NCBI GenBank assembly: GCA_965207445.1
Contig: CBDBLX010000002.1
Location: forward strand, 320,001-384,000
Reading direction: 5' to 3'
DNA: 64,000 nt
Source: Nitrosopumilus sp.
GTDB lineage: Archaea; Thermoproteota; Nitrososphaeria; Nitrososphaerales; Nitrosopumilaceae
Under the pieces are notes generated by a model. The model saw only the letters and a list, made by a program, of their open reading frames with translations. It was not told where the DNA came from and ran no database searches. The position numbers and the translations under genes are program-made. Below are positions 49,557-60,412 of this stretch, piece by piece. Every line of letters begins with the position of its first letter. Positions within the stretch are counted from its first letter, which is position 1.

Positions 49557-51743
49557 TTATCTGTAATAAGATACTGCTAACTTTTCGCCTAGTTTCAAGT
49601 CTTTTTGCTCTCTGACCTTTTTTACTGCTTCCTCAAAGTGCCTCATCGTGACTCTGGCCTCTGTACTCTTCTTTTCTACATCTTTAACATCAGGATGTGC
49701 ATCCAAAAACTCATGTATCACAAGTGAGACTGCCGTATTTGCAATCGATGCTGTATCTGCACCGCTCAATCCATCTGTCATCTCTGCAATCTTCTCAAAG
49801 TTTACTCTCTGTGGGTCATCTACACTATCAACTGTTGGTATCTTTTTGGCATTAATGCGTAGTATGTTGATGCGACTCTCCTTGTCTGGCAATGGAATCT
49901 GGATTATCTTATCAAATCTACCTGGTCTTAGCAACGCCGGATCTATCATATCTGCTCGATTAGTTGCTGCTAAAACTACGACACCATGCATATTCTCCAT
50001 ACCATCGAGTTCTGTCAAGAGTTGTGATACAACTCTCTCCGTTACAGCAGTCTCACCACCCGCACCTCTAATTGGTGCAATAGAGTCGATCTCATCGAAA
50101 AATACAACACACGGTGCTGATTGGCGTGCCCTCTTGAAAATTTCTCTAATTCCGCGCTCAGACTCACCTACCCACTTTGAGAGCAGTTCTGGCCCTCGTA
50201 CAGAGACAAAGTTAGCCTCACTTTGGGTTGCTACTGCTTTTGCCAATAATGTTTTACCTGTACCACTTGGACCATGCAACAGAATACCGCGGGGCATGTT
50301 ATGTCCTAGTTTATCATATAATCCTGGATACTTCATTGGCCACTCTACTGCCTCTTGCAAGTCACGTTTTACCTCTTCTAGTCCTCCTACCTCTTCCCAT
50401 TTTACATCTGGATTCTCTATGAATACTTCACGCATGCCTGATGGTGTGACCTCTATGAGTGCTTTTGTAAAGTCCTCGTGATTTACGACTAGTTTGTCTA
50501 GTGTCTCTGGTGGGATCTTTTCTTCTTCCAAGTTTAATATTGGCAATAATCTTCTGAGGCATTTCATGGCAGCTTCTTTACACAGATATTCCAAGTCTGC
50601 TCCTACATACCCGTGACTGATTGCTGATATCTTGTCAGTATTCACATCATCATCAAGTGGCATGTTGCGGCTATGTATTGCCAAGATGTCTTTGCGGCCC
50701 TTTTTATCAGGTACCTTGATCTCTATCTCTCGATCAAATCTTCCTGGCCTGCGCAATGCAGGATCTATTGCATTTGGTCTATTTGTTGCAGATATTACTA
50801 TAACCTTGCCACGTGCCTCTAATCCGTCCATTAGTGATAACATTTGGGATACGACTCTGCGTTCTACCTCACCTGTGACCTCTTCTCGCTTTGGTGCTAT
50901 AGAGTCGATCTCATCTACGAATATTATCGATGGTGCCTTTTCCCTTGCTTCTTTGAATATCTCACGTAATCGAGCCTCACTCTCACCATAAAACTTACTC
51001 ATTATCTCTGGTCCTGATATACTGATAAAGTGTGCATTACTCTCATTTGCAACTGCTTTTGCTAGCAATGTCTTGCCTGTGCCTGGTGGTCCATACAAGA
51101 GTACACCTTTTGGAGCCTCTATTCCGAGCTTTTCAAATATTTCTGGATGTCTGAGTGGTAGTTCGATCATCTCCCTTACCTTTTTTATCTCATCAGTTAA
51201 TCCACCAATATCCTCATACGTGACTTGGGGAACACCTCTTAATGTCTCACCCTTTTCTGCAATTGTAAATACTGTCTTTTGTGTCACTAGTACTGCATCT
51301 GATGCAGGTGAGACTGATATTACTTGAAATGTTAGTCTGCCGCCAAAATATGGTACCATTACATTGTCCCCTTTTATCAGTGGAACACTCTCTAGTGCGT
51401 CTGCTAAATAACGCTCATCAATTGGTGGTATCGATTCTAGTGGAGCTACTACTATGCGCTCTGCTGCTACTGCCTTTATCTTTTTGACTGTAATTGTATC
51501 GCCTATTGCAATGCCAGAGTTATTGCGGCCAAGCCCATCAATCCTGATAATTCCTTTACCCTCATCTGATGGGTACAGCGGTAGACACTTTGCTACTGTT
51601 CTACGCTTTCCCTTTATCTCTATCACATCACCTGTTGATGCTGTTAGTGTGTCCATCGAATCATAGTCTATTCTTGCAACACCTCTTCCAACGTCTCTTG
51701 TGTATGCCTCTAAGACTTTTAGGGATAGTCCATTTTGACTCAT
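49557..51743 (-). CDS. cdc48: CDC48/VCP-family AAA ATPase
   Basis: N-domain [10 protein letters not shown] and two AAA modules ([22 protein letters not shown]). Confidence 0.97.
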   Translation of the reverse strand: MSQNGLSLKVLEAYTRDVGRGVARIDYDSMDTLTASTGDVIEIKGKRRTVAKCLPLYPSDEGKGIIRIDGLGRNNSGIAIGDTITVKKIKAVAAERIVVAPLESIPPIDERYLADALESVPLIKGDNVMVPYFGGRLTFQVISVSPASDAVLVTQKTVFTIAEKGETLRGVPQVTYEDIGGLTDEIKKVREMIELPLRHPEIFEKLGIEAPKGVLLYGPPGTGKTLLAKAVANESNAHFISISGPEIMSKFYGESEARLREIFKEAREKAPSIIFVDEIDSIAPKREEVTGEVERRVVSQMLSLMDGLEARGKVIVISATNRPNAIDPALRRPGRFDREIEIKVPDKKGRKDILAIHSRNMPLDDDVNTDKISAISHGYVGADLEYLCKEAAMKCLRRLLPILNLEEEKIPPETLDKLVVNHEDFTKALIEVTPSGMREVFIENPDVKWEEVGGLEEVKRDLQEAVEWPMKYPGLYDKLGHNMPRGILLHGPSGTGKTLLAKAVATQSEANFVSVRGPELLSKWVGESERGIREIFKRARQSAPCVVFFDEIDSIAPIRGAGGETAVTERVVSQLLTELDGMENMHGVVVLAATNRADMIDPALLRPGRFDKIIQIPLPDKESRINILRINAKKIPTVDSVDDPQRVNFEKIAEMTDGLSGADTASIANTAVSLVIHEFLDAHPDVKDVEKKSTEARVTMRHFEEAVKKVREQKDLKLGEKLAVSYYR

Positions 51744-51792
51744 ATTGAGTTTGTTTCATGTCTACATTTTATACCTTTGTTAGTGTGTTGAT

Positions 51793-51864
51793 GTAACCGT
51801 TCAACCCAATGTACCAAAGGTGCAGATGTTATACACGGGAGCAAAAAGGAGGTTGAACGGTTAC
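51793..51864. mobile_element. 72-bp IS66-type MITE with a different interior
   Basis: GTAACCGTTCAACC / GGTTGAACGGTTAC. Interior unrelated to the other four copies. Confidence 0.8.
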
Positions 51865-52121
51865 ATCTGTGTCTAGTGTATAGTAAATTAAACAATCATT
51901 GTTTATCTTACGTTTCCTGAAACTTTTCGTGAAAACAATGTGTTTACATTGAGACAATTTATATAAAAAGAAAAATTGGTCGTGTCCAATATACGATCAA
52001 TAATTCAAAGATATCTGTATTAGTGTGTCTTGGCGTGAACACATTTTTTACAATTCGTGAAAAATTTGATCACAGTACATAACAGTAACTGATAAATTAA
52101 TCACACAAAGGCAAACAATAG

Positions 52122-53318
52122 TTGGAACTTGATTTCATTACTCAAAATTCGATAATTTACGTACTGATGGCATGGGTTGTTGTTGTAATTGTGGCAAAAG
52201 CAATAAAACTCGACAGACACGGTTTTTCGATAACACCATACAGCCTAACTTACAAAAATGCTAGTGTAAATTCAGTTTTGATACGGATGCTTGGGCGCAC
52301 AAAGCGTGGAATTCGGATATTTGCTGATGTAAGTGTGGTGGCAGGATTCTTGATGATGGGATTTGCCTTTTGGTTTTTATTAAATAACGTCGCAAACTTT
52401 TTTGTTGCACAAGATGAATTCTCAGAACTGACCGTCCTCATACCCGGCGTCACATTAACATCTGCTTCTTCTATAATGTACTTTTTACTATCAATTCCGA
52501 TAGTGTTGGTGATACACGAGGGTGCACATGGTATAGTAGCTGCACTTGAGAGAATAAAGATTAAGACAGGTGGCTTTGCAGTATTCATAGCACTCTTTGC
52601 AGGATTCGTAGAGCCTGATGAGGATGAGTTTAAAAAAGCAAAACGTGTATCAAAACTTCGAGTTATAGGAGCAGGTGCTACATCAAATGTTATCTTTGCA
52701 TTTGCACTTGGTGCTATCTTGCTTACAAACCCATTCTTTGCACTTGTCATGCCAGAGCCTCTCTTAGGTTGGTTTTACGAGTTGCCAGAAGGTGTTTTAG
52801 TGTTATCTATTATCGAGGGTTCGGGTGCTGAGAGTGTCGGTATGCAAACCGGTGACATCATAACTAGTATAAATGACAAAGGTATACTGTCTCCGGTGGA
52901 CTTTCCACAGCTAGCGCCAGGCCAAAATGCTCAAGTAGAGGTACTGCGAGATGGGCAACAGATACTCTTTGATGTACCAATAACACCATCACCTGATGAC
53001 CCTGAGCGTGGATTGATCGGTATAATGAGGGACAACTCTCTTGCGTACACACCTGTAATGAATTTTATAGAATGGAATGATCCTGCTGTGTCGATGTTTT
53101 TGTTGTGGCTTTGGATGATCTCTTTTTTTATTGGGATCATCAATATGCTGCCACTACCGATACTCGATGGCGGCAAATTTATTCATAGTATATTGGAAGA
53201 AAAGATCTCCGAGCGCGCCGTCACGATTACCATGATTGGGATATATGCATTTACCTTTGTAGTGTTTATACTAAATATTGCACTCTCGTACGTAAAGTCC
53301 GGGTGGTTTACTATATGA
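52122..53318 (+). CDS. Site-2 protease (M50) with PDZ domain
   Basis: HEGAH, NMLPLPILDGG and PDZ-like GDIITSIN. Confidence 0.92.
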   Translation: MELDFITQNSIIYVLMAWVVVVIVAKAIKLDRHGFSITPYSLTYKNASVNSVLIRMLGRTKRGIRIFADVSVVAGFLMMGFAFWFLLNNVANFFVAQDEFSELTVLIPGVTLTSASSIMYFLLSIPIVLVIHEGAHGIVAALERIKIKTGGFAVFIALFAGFVEPDEDEFKKAKRVSKLRVIGAGATSNVIFAFALGAILLTNPFFALVMPEPLLGWFYELPEGVLVLSIIEGSGAESVGMQTGDIITSINDKGILSPVDFPQLAPGQNAQVEVLRDGQQILFDVPITPSPDDPERGLIGIMRDNSLAYTPVMNFIEWNDPAVSMFLLWLWMISFFIGIINMLPLPILDGGKFIHSILEEKISERAVTITMIGIYAFTFVVFILNIALSYVKSGWFTI

Positions 53319-54385
53319 CCATGTCACATTTATCTTCACCTCTATCTTCATCTTCACCATCACCACAACCACAACCACCACAACCACAACCATCACAATC
53401 ATCACCCCTCACTTCCCACTCTTCCCGCAATCCCTCACCATCAACACAATGTGACAATTGCTCCAATGCTGCTTCATATACTCGCAAATACTCTGGGCAA
53501 TCATTATGCATGTCATGTTTTAGACGCTCTATATCAAAAAAAGTCGCAAAGACCATCTCAAAATATAATATGATCAAAAATAATGAAAGCGTTGCTGTTG
53601 CCGTGTCTGGTGGCAAGGACTCACTTGCACTATTACATATAATGCACGAAATGTCTCAACATCATAATTTTAAGATAAATGTGATAACAATAGATGAGGG
53701 CATACCTGGATATAGAGACGAGGCACTCCGGATAGTATCTGATGTGTGTGGCTCGCTAAACCTTCAATACAATGTGTACTCTTATGAGGATCTTTTTGAT
53801 GTGACGTTAGATAAAGCATTAGAGATGCGAGACAAACAGAGCCAAAAGTTTTCTTCGTGCTCTATATGCGGTACACTCAGACGTAGGGCAATTGATATTG
53901 CTGCGCGAGATGTGGGTGCTGATGTTGTGGCCACTGGACACAATCTTGATGATATACTGCAGACGTTTCTTATCAATATGTTATCAGGTGATACTGATAA
54001 GATTGCATGGATGAGTCCTGCAGGGTCATCACACAATACGACTAGTAGAAGAATAAAGCCATTTTGTGAGATATACGAGTCAGAAATTGTGTATTATGCA
54101 TTTGCAAGCAAGATTCCATTTCAAGAAGAACCATGTCCTCATATGAATGAAGGAATGCGTACTGATATTCGAGAATTCTTCAACTTGTTAGAATCAGATC
54201 GGAGTGGTATTAAAAATAGCATGTATGCATCTGTGATCAAAATGGTGCAGATGGCTCATGCAACATTTGAGATTGCTACTAATAATTATGATTTACAGTC
54301 ACAACAGTCAAAACAACTCAAAGAACACAATTATTTCCAACAACCTGATTCCTTTACAACAACATACTACTCACGCCACCATTAA
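53315..54385 (+). CDS. TIGR00269/TtuA(Ncs6)-family tRNA 2-thiolation protein; C-terminal zinc finger lies in another frame (to 54524)
   Basis: N-terminal CxxC..CxxC, SGGKDS PP-loop, CSICGTLRR, ATGHNLDD and CPH. Confidence 0.88.
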   Translation: MTMSHLSSPLSSSSPSPQPQPPQPQPSQSSPLTSHSSRNPSPSTQCDNCSNAASYTRKYSGQSLCMSCFRRSISKKVAKTISKYNMIKNNESVAVAVSGGKDSLALLHIMHEMSQHHNFKINVITIDEGIPGYRDEALRIVSDVCGSLNLQYNVYSYEDLFDVTLDKALEMRDKQSQKFSSCSICGTLRRRAIDIAARDVGADVVATGHNLDDILQTFLINMLSGDTDKIAWMSPAGSSHNTTSRRIKPFCEIYESEIVYYAFASKIPFQEEPCPHMNEGMRTDIREFFNLLESDRSGIKNSMYASVIKMVQMAHATFEIATNNYDLQSQQSKQLKEHNYFQQPDSFTTTYYSRHH

Positions 54386-54565
54386 CACCACCATTAATAC
54401 TACCACCACCACCAAAGTACACCCAAAGCGCCTCGCGCCCTGCATCAAATGTGGTGCTGACTGTACTGGTAATGATGATGGTATATGTTCTGTATGTGGT
54501 ATAATCTCAAAACTCACGCGTTAATGTCCAATCTTAATGCAAATATAGCATTAGTGTGTAGAGTT

Positions 54566-54887
54566 GGTGGTAGCAGGGAGGATTGGGGTGCTAGCCGTGC
54601 CCTATTCTGAAACCGGCTATACGCGGAGATCAGTAACTGCTAGGTAAATCTTCAGGTGGGCGATTCCCGCTTGGTGTGCGGAAATGAAATCACGCCGAGG
54701 CGGGTGGTTGCAAGACTGGAACTGTTCGAAGGAACAGCTTTCAAGTCTGAGCTGCTGAAAGGGACTAGGTCCGGGAGGGAGCAATCCTAAGGTGGAGCTT
54801 CCACGCTTCCTCGTCAACGTGGCGGATCTTGTATGCCTTGAGATGGGGCCGTCTGTTTGGAGTGGAACTAGCAGGGCTGCTACCATT
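54566..54887 (+). ncRNA. ffs: Archaeal signal recognition particle (7S) RNA
   Basis: Terminal helix GGTGGTAGCAG / CTGCTACCATT; helix-6-like CTGTTC-GAAG-GAACAG; helix 8 TAGG-TCC-GGGA-GGG-AGCA; followed by a T-tract. Confidence 0.88.
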
Positions 54888-54966
54888 ATTTTTTGATTAT
54901 CAATTCATAAAAATACATTTTGTACCTTGTTTGACAAACTAATTAAAACCCGGCAATTACAAAATA

Positions 54967-55296
54967 ATGATGCTTCCATCAGGTGGCGCTAATTTGCGCA
55001 GTTATCAAGAATTTCGCAAGCAGCAATTACCTACACATATGTATGATGTATTTGATCAGTTGCATGATTTTAGCATGTCACTTGGAAATAATGTAATTGA
55101 AGATGTGAGACCTCATAGAGTAGTTTTCTGTAAATCTATGAATACTAGATGGTTTGTAGATGCAAAGCCTACTGATGGAATGATTGTAATTAAGATCAGA
55201 AAGGGATGGCGCGATCCTATACAGACAGTTCAAACTGACTCTATAACTCAAGAGATCAAAAATATGATCAAGACTGCGTATGAGCAGGTGCATTGA
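54967..55296 (+). CDS. Conserved hypothetical protein (DUF5655-like)
   Basis: 109 aa with LGNNVIEDVRPHRVVF and IK.AYE C-terminus. Confidence 0.6.
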   Translation: MMLPSGGANLRSYQEFRKQQLPTHMYDVFDQLHDFSMSLGNNVIEDVRPHRVVFCKSMNTRWFVDAKPTDGMIVIKIRKGWRDPIQTVQTDSITQEIKNMIKTAYEQVH

Positions 55297-55300
55297 TTAT

Positions 55301-55582
55301 TTATGGGTACAATACAATAAATGTCTCAAACTTTTCATCTGCCTCTTCATTTCGAATCTCTACATCATCTACTCTGGCATTTGCAGGACCCGCATGGGCC
55401 CATTCTATAACTCTATCAAGGCCATTCTCGTTCCCCTCTAGTACTGCCTCTACACGACCATCTTTGAGATTTCGAACCCAACCTCGAATATCATTTTTGA
55501 TTGCCATTACTTTGAGTGTTTGGCGAAAAAACACACCTTGAACATTACCTGTAACAAAGATTCGGACTCGTCTGTCTGTCAT
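55301..55582 (-). CDS. acyP: Acylphosphatase
   Basis: VTGNVQGVFFR and GWVRNLKDGRVEAVLEG. Confidence 0.95.
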   Translation of the reverse strand: MTDRRVRIFVTGNVQGVFFRQTLKVMAIKNDIRGWVRNLKDGRVEAVLEGNENGLDRVIEWAHAGPANARVDDVEIRNEEADEKFETFIVLYP

Positions 55583-55690
55583 CTAACTATCTTTACGTTT
55601 ACTCTTAATCAATTTTGTTTTTATGTTGTTGCACCATTCTTATGTTGCACAATATGTGATCAAAATTATTTGTAATTAAACGTAAATTGT

Positions 55691-56425
55691 TTATCGTCTA
55701 TCTTTTATCCTTGCTCTACCGGTCTTTCTTGCAGCAATACTCCCTACCTTTGCACCCGGAGGAGCATCACGTGATACTGTTGAACTCTGACCTACATGTT
55801 GGTGCCTTCCACCACCATGTGGATGTACATACGCTGCTTGGGCAACACCACGTACTATGGGATACTTTTTGCCCTTTGACTTGAAGTTTCTCCACTTGCC
55901 ACCTGCACTCATAAATGGTCTCTCACCTGCACCACCGCCTGCAAGTGTTCCAATCATTGCACGGTTCTTGGGGTTTAGTGTGGTGAATTTACCTGAAGGA
56001 AGTTTTACTGTTACACCTTCGTCTCCATGTGAGAATATTGTAGCATTTGTGCCTGCTGATTTGACTATTGCACCTCCATCACCGTAATGTTTTTCTAAAT
56101 TACATACAGTTGTGCCATCTGGTATATTTTGAACGCTAATCACATTACCGTCTATAATCTCTGACTTTAATCCGAATTGTAGTGTCATGCCGACCTTTGT
56201 ACCTAGTACTGCTGGAACAAATGATATTGAGCCATCTTTGAATCGTATCTTGGAGAGTGGTGCATCTCGTCCGCTCTCATGCACTAGATCAATAACTCTG
56301 CCTTCTTGTTGATCACCGAGCTTAAATCTTGGATATATTGCCTTTGTGCCTACCTTTCCTGTAAAGGATGCTCTGAACTGGTTTCCTCCTCTACCTCTTC
56401 TTCGTACAAGCGGTCTCTTACCCAA
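55691..56425 (-). CDS. rpl2: 50S ribosomal protein uL2
   Basis: (M)GKRPLVRRRGRGG, LPSG, VRGVAQ and HPHGGG. TTG start at 56425. Confidence 0.96.
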   Translation of the reverse strand: MGKRPLVRRRGRGGNQFRASFTGKVGTKAIYPRFKLGDQQEGRVIDLVHESGRDAPLSKIRFKDGSISFVPAVLGTKVGMTLQFGLKSEIIDGNVISVQNIPDGTTVCNLEKHYGDGGAIVKSAGTNATIFSHGDEGVTVKLPSGKFTTLNPKNRAMIGTLAGGGAGERPFMSAGGKWRNFKSKGKKYPIVRGVAQAAYVHPHGGGRHQHVGQSSTVSRDAPPGAKVGSIAARKTGRARIKDRR

Positions 56426-56711
56426 TGTGATCGTTGCGAACAAAAAACAGGATTTTAAGCTTGTGTTTTTGCTAATGGCAATATAATTATGTATTTTAAT
56501 TCCTATTCACCTATTGAGGTATGTCTTGTTGAGGTATGCCTTATTACATTATATATTTACATATAGTTATTGCAACTCAAACAAGTCTTGCAACCTTTAC
56601 AAAAAAACAGATGTCCATATCTTGAGCAACAAAGACTACTAGAGTATGTGTTGTCATCTGTAAAGACAACACTATTTTTTTTCAGATTATGGTGGCAAGA
56701 TTCATCTCAAC

Positions 56712-56863
56712 GAGGTTGGTGCGTAATTGACATTAGCCTGCCTGTGACTCTTCTATGAGATTATTGAATAATTTAATTTATACATATAAAACTCTGGTGA
56801 TATTTCCAGATAACTTTGCAAGTACGATGCAGGTGGCGATTTGATGAATTACACACCAACCTC
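56712..56863. mobile_element. 152-bp MITE derived from the element at 57491-59177
   Basis: Left ~45 bp match 57491 onward; right ~90 bp match the segment ending at 59177. Confidence 0.88.
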
Positions 56864-57166
56864 CATTCACCCCATACGAATACATACATGTTTGTTGTAT
56901 GTGACACAATCCAATCACTAATTTTATATGAATAGATAAATTAGCGGGTCTAGAGGGGCCTGGAAAAAACACCGGCCGTCACCACAAGCGCAACAGCGCC
57001 GAATCAGAACCAGACTCGTGTCATAAGGAACGACATTGTAAAAACAATGTGGAGTGCGTCGGGGCCCGGACCACCAAACCCGGCGCCCCCCGCCCCGGGC
57101 CGGAAGTAACCCATACGCCGACAGGCGGGGGTGCTGCCGCCTGGGCATACGGCGGGACGGACTGAA

Positions 57167-57445
57167 CTAGTCCAGATTGTAGCGTATGCATAGGGTAGCC
57201 CCGTACACATTCGGTGGGCTTGACAGTATCTTGTCGCCCTTCCGCATCCTGTTTATCATCACGCCGCAGCAGACAGGCATCCTGTGGTTGCCTTTGTTCG
57301 GATAGCCTCCCACCATCTTGTGTAGTTCTTTTGCCCGCACGTCCACGTATGGCCGGCCGCTGCGCCTGGCGTCATTCAGGACCGCATTCAGACATTTCCG
57401 AAAATCATCACTGTTTGGGGGGTCGCTGTCGTCTACAGGCATCAT
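57167..57445 (-). CDS. Small conserved protein, cargo of the composite transposon (family often annotated as HNH-endonuclease-associated)
   Basis: LH..VGGYP...HRMPVCC..M...M..GD.I...PP...GA.L.IRY motif. Visibly more GC-rich than surroundings. Confidence 0.7.
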   Translation of the reverse strand: MMPVDDSDPPNSDDFRKCLNAVLNDARRSGRPYVDVRAKELHKMVGGYPNKGNHRMPVCCGVMINRMRKGDKILSSPPNVYGATLCIRYNLD

Positions 57446-57490
57446 ATACGACGGTGGAGCATGCGTCTTAAAAAATTTTGTCAGTGGTGG

Positions 57491-59177
57491 GAGGTTGGTG
57501 CGTAATTGACATTAGACCTGCCTGTGACCCTTCTATGAGCTTGGTTTATTGCACATTCAATCTACAAAAGACTGAAATCTATCTATAGTGCGTTTCGTTT
57601 TTGAATATGCATGAGTGTTTTAGCAGACATCGATTATAGAACATGAAATGTGCAGTGTGATAGCAGTCACTATCATTTGTATGATGGAATCTTTTGCCCT
57701 TTTTCATGAGCGCAAATAAATCTGTTCAGGACGTTGATATTCCATGCAATCGATAGTATTTTGCCAAACCGCTTTTGGTTTTTGGCCAGACGCATATGAC
57801 AGTGTAGCCGGTGATTCTTTGTCTCTTCTACTGTTCCAAATATTGCCTCGATAAGTGCGCGTTGTTTGTATGCATCTTTGTCAAAGATCTCTGCTGCTTT
57901 TTTTCTGCTTGGTGGTTTGCCACGGTTTGTATGACCTGCACCATCTGTGTGATTGCGCTGCTTTATGTTCGGTTTCATGTTTGCATTGAATATTATCTCA
58001 CAGTTTTGATCCGAATGTATCCCTTGTCTCCGTTGAATAAGCACTCTTCAATCTCTGTATAGTTTTTTACGAGAAAGTTGACCACATATGGAAGCATTGA
58101 CGTGTCACTTGCATTGCTTGGAGTTGTGTATGATGCAAGTATGATCTGGTGTCCGGTTATCGCAGTAATGTGATATTTTAGGTACGTCTTGATGCGTGTC
58201 GGCTCAAAGTCTTGTAGTAAATGATTAGGTCTTTGTTGTTTTTTGTACCTGTCAATCTCTATACCACACTACTGTCTATCTCAATCGTACCTGTAGGTTC
58301 TTGTTTTACGTCTTGTTTACCGCCCTCAAAATCCTCGGATCCGTGCGTAAGTATGGTCTCTTTACCTTTTATCGGTACCGGATCTGTCCCTGATTTTTCA
58401 AAGTTCATTTAGACACATATTGGCAGCATATACCAAAATAGAATCAAGCCAGTCGAGATCAATTGTTTGTATATGTTTTGGTTACCCAACTATAATCAGG
58501 CATCGACTCGTCAACCCATTCATCATGCATATCTCCAAGATCATTTATCACGTCACGAAAAGGAATATTTTTTGCAACTTTTAAAAGACACAAAAAATCC
58601 ATCTTGTCACGCGAGTGTACGGGCTTGCATCCTCCTCTATTTGTCTTCTTTTCCTTGCACGGATGTGGGTTTTTCCGTATCGCCGACAACAATGTCTTGC
58701 GCATAAAATTCTGCTCAGATTTGCGTGCCTGTTCGTAATACGGCCAATAACCTTCGCGTCGCTTGTGCTGCTCTGTCACTGTACGGTCTGCCTCCTTGAT
58801 TTGTTCTTATTTGAAACCTACACACTAAATTTACACAAACAACAAGCAGACGTCACATTCATCACAAACCATGCATTGTAATGGGCGTCATTCTCTGTGT
58901 ATCATAGCATGTTGTGGCAACCTACCACACGTCGTCGTTCCACCACACTTTACAAACGATACGTTGATAACATTGGCTAGTCAACGTTGTTTAGCATCCC
59001 CTTTGGTGGTATCACACTTATTCATTTGGGATGCCCCTACAAGTAACTTTTGGTATACGCGCATATACTTTTATATATGAGCTTATTAAATATATGAACA
59101 TAAAACTCTGGCGATATTTGCAGATGACTTTACAAGTACGATACAGGTGGCAATTTGATGAATTACGCACCAACCTC
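57491..59177 (-). mobile_element. IS5/IS4-like (DDE_Tnp_1-type) element with fragmented transposase (57673-58779)
   Basis: 17-bp TIRs. Fragments MTEQHKRREGYWPYYEQAR..., YLKYHITAI..IILAS and YKQRALIEAIFG are separated by stops or frameshifts. Confidence 0.8.
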
Positions 59178-59249
59178 CATCTCAACATAAATGCTAAATA
59201 CCATCATATATGCAATAATGTGCCGTATGCTGGAGTAGAGAGACCCTTT

Positions 59250-60407
59250 ATGATATCAAACAAGATGAACCTTGACTTTGATCCCAAGAACGTCACAAAC
59301 TTGGATCTATTACGTGAAAATCAGCTAAAAAAGTTCAATAATCTCCGGGAGGTGGCACGAAATCTCAGGTTCATACCAATAGATCCGTCTGGCTCATACA
59401 TCTCAACATCATTCAAGTCATTTGATGGCGGCAGGTTCAATCTAGACTTTGATCCGTTTGAGTTTGATATAATCAGAGTTGCTGACTCACATGGAAATGT
59501 AAAGATAAATTTTGCTGCTCCTACAGGTGACCTTCACAAAAGTGACGACCTACATACGATACTCCAAGATATCGACACTGACCCAATAATTCAAAACTTT
59601 CTTAGCATTCTCAAAGTGAATAGTTTGCGTGACGTAACGGAGATACTGACAGCACGAGAAACACTCATGGAGATTGCAGAATTTGCATGCATGTTTGAAT
59701 CTGTTACACGGTTATCTCAAGAAAATAAAGGCAAAAAAAGTGGTGTATACCATATAGATAAGACCATAATACTCCGAGACGGACTCTTGCGAACTAAAAA
59801 GATTAAATCTGAACTTGTAACTGTACTTCGGCAACTATTAGCAGAAAATAGTGATTATGTTAAAGTGGCAGGAGTCGCTAAAACCTCAAAGATCATTTTC
59901 TTGTTAAAAGCAGCACTGATCTGTGAGCAGGTATTTCCAAAAGGACAGATTGGATACGTCAAAATTCCATTGGAGATAGAAAACATGGCATATCGGTGGA
60001 GTGGAGGAAGAAGACTTGGACCTAATACGCCGGCGACTCCACTTGAGTATGCATTTGGCGCCTTGTATGTGGTAAAACTCTCAAGGCAAAAGGATCTACT
60101 TGTCACAGTAGAGATACCGACGGATCCCATGAATAATACGCCGATATATTCAGATGATGATATAACTGAGATGATGGGACACATGGCCCGCGACGCTGCT
60201 CACTCGTATCCAATACTAGGTTATCCACAAACTCTTATGCGCGCCCACGAGTATGCTGCAAGTTTGGGAATTCCAATATCGATACTACGGGATCGTATAA
60301 TGAGTGAACTATTCAATGACACTGATGCTAAACTTGCTGAATATGTGCGTGACTTTACCATGTTAACTGAGACAATCAACAAGGGCACATTAGGGGGAAG
60401 AGCGTAA
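59250..60407 (+). CDS. NurA-like (RNase H fold) nuclease
   Basis: SFDGG first acidic motif, E..E helix, ILRDGLL, GVAKTS and GYPQTLMRAHEYA. Start moved to ATG 59250 because the track's longer start lies within an IS end. Confidence 0.8.
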   Translation: MISNKMNLDFDPKNVTNLDLLRENQLKKFNNLREVARNLRFIPIDPSGSYISTSFKSFDGGRFNLDFDPFEFDIIRVADSHGNVKINFAAPTGDLHKSDDLHTILQDIDTDPIIQNFLSILKVNSLRDVTEILTARETLMEIAEFACMFESVTRLSQENKGKKSGVYHIDKTIILRDGLLRTKKIKSELVTVLRQLLAENSDYVKVAGVAKTSKIIFLLKAALICEQVFPKGQIGYVKIPLEIENMAYRWSGGRRLGPNTPATPLEYAFGALYVVKLSRQKDLLVTVEIPTDPMNNTPIYSDDDITEMMGHMARDAAHSYPILGYPQTLMRAHEYAASLGIPISILRDRIMSELFNDTDAKLAEYVRDFTMLTETINKGTLGGRA

Positions 60408-60412
60408 AGCAG

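Larger units (their letters stand above)
56712..59177. mobile_element. Composite transposon: MITE + cargo + degenerate IS5/IS4-like element
   Basis: Outer TIRs GAGGTTGGTGCGTAATT / AATTACGCACCAACCTC flanked by the 9-bp repeat CATCTCAAC (56703-56711 and 59178-59186). Confidence 0.85.

Noticed and set aside
54766..54789. Non-canonical SRP helix-8 loop
   Set aside because: On re-reading the loop is GGGA, a normal GNRA tetraloop.
54617..54886. 89-aa minus-strand ORF
   Set aside because: It is antisense to the SRP RNA.
59031..59249. N-terminal 73 aa of the NurA-like ORF in the track
   Set aside because: Most of it lies inside the IS right end (to 59177) and its target duplication, so it is a fortuitous open frame.
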